Of a stretch of 21,226 nucleotides of DNA, positions 20,699-21,226 are shown in pieces. Each line of letters begins with the position of its first letter. Position 1 is the stretch's first letter. The translations under genes and the position numbers were made by a program. Source of the DNA: Candidatus Tayloriibacteriota bacterium (GTDB lineage: Bacteria > Patescibacteriota > Minisyncoccia > Phycocordibacterales > GWA1-40-21); contig JAPLZG010000083.1 in NCBI GenBank assembly GCA_026395155.1, positions 1 to 21,226 on the forward strand, written 5' to 3'. The notes under the pieces are model-generated. The model did not search any database. It saw nothing but the letters and a program-made list of their open reading frames with translations, and was not told the DNA's origin.

Positions 20699-21226
20699 AT
20701 GTTAGACAAAGCACCAACAGACGATATGTCACAAACACCAACGGTTATACCAGATGTAGAAAATATAGGGGAAAAAGGAACAGAAGAAAGCAGTGCTTTA
20801 TTTAGAAAATTCCCAGGTTTTTTTAGTGAGCCACAAAACAAATCTCTGTATGAAGACGGCAATTATTCAGAGAAGAACATTTTTATGCTTGAATACTTTA
20901 AAAGTAAGGTGGTCGAAACAGATAATTTTATTGCTCTAGTAATGGACTACGCAGAAAGAGGGTATGTATTTAATGAAACTGCCGCTAAAGTATTAAAAAT
21001 TGTGTTTAGAAGAAAAGACGGGTGGGAGGAAAAGACAATAAAAGAAAGTTACTGGATAGATGACGGGCCTAAAAGTGGGATGGATTGGGGGCAACCAAGA
21101 TTATTAATAGAAGATAAAGGCTCAGATAAATTTATTGTTAGTCTTTTAGGCTACGAAAAAGACACTGTTAATGCCAGATTTGAAGTAGACCTATCAAAAA
21201 AAGCAGAAATCGAAAAAATAGCCTAA
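20699..21226 (+). CDS. Hypothetical protein, 175 aa
   Basis: Intact ORF ending in TAA at the window edge. No family recognised. Confidence 0.55.
   Translation: MLDKAPTDDMSQTPTVIPDVENIGEKGTEESSALFRKFPGFFSEPQNKSLYEDGNYSEKNIFMLEYFKSKVVETDNFIALVMDYAERGYVFNETAAKVLKIVFRRKDGWEEKTIKESYWIDDGPKSGMDWGQPRLLIEDKGSDKFIVSLLGYEKDTVNARFEVDLSKKAEIEKIA

Noticed and set aside
1-21226. CRISPR arrays, rRNA genes, integrase-bounded prophage or transposase genes
   Set aside because: No regularly spaced direct repeats with unique spacers were found. No rRNA-like conserved stretches were found. The only recombinase is a Xer-type housekeeping enzyme with no flanking att-like repeats.

Overview
AT-rich, gene-dense bacterial fragment. 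The gene content suggests a small-genome, CPR/Patescibacteria-like organism; this is inference, not a search result. The backbone is ordinary: HU, NAD kinase, CCA-adding enzyme, YraN, a TrmB-like regulator, a short signal peptidase I, exonuclease III, a Xer-type tyrosine recombinase, ribosomal protein S15 and four tRNAs. None of the tRNAs encodes a 3' CCA. Small accessory genes are also present: RNHCP, an HTH/LAGLIDADG-like protein, a four-helix-bundle protein, a NYN protein and a DinJ-like antitoxin. The stand-out is a visibly more G+C-rich, ORF-poor island at about 11.8-14.77 kb. It looks like one plus-strand transcription unit, from a TTGACA-16-TATACT promoter to an intrinsic terminator. 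Five tandem type III hammerhead ribozyme motifs punctuate it, with predicted cleavage after 12221, 12579, 13056, 13488 and 14166. Each is preceded by a hairpin and followed by a GUUCUUU box. Most are also followed by an SD and a small ORF: a 66-aa membrane protein, a 46-aa zinc ribbon missing from the ORF track, a 71-aa protein and a 73-aa HhH-like protein. One inter-ribozyme unit appears non-coding and highly structured. An 88-nt perfect direct repeat ends just past the cleavage sites of the first and last ribozymes, exactly 1945 nt apart. Ribozyme pairs show compensatory stem changes. I read this as a ribozyme-processed operon, or possibly a circular-RNA or retrozyme-like element. Other observations include a twice-occurring roughly 95-nt GC-rich element, GC-rich palindromic in-frame inserts in cca and xth, tRNA acceptor/trailer inverted repeats, several dispersed repeat families, palindromic operator-like sites and three-way-junction hairpin elements around rpsO. 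All calls come from reading the sequence by eye; no database search was run.
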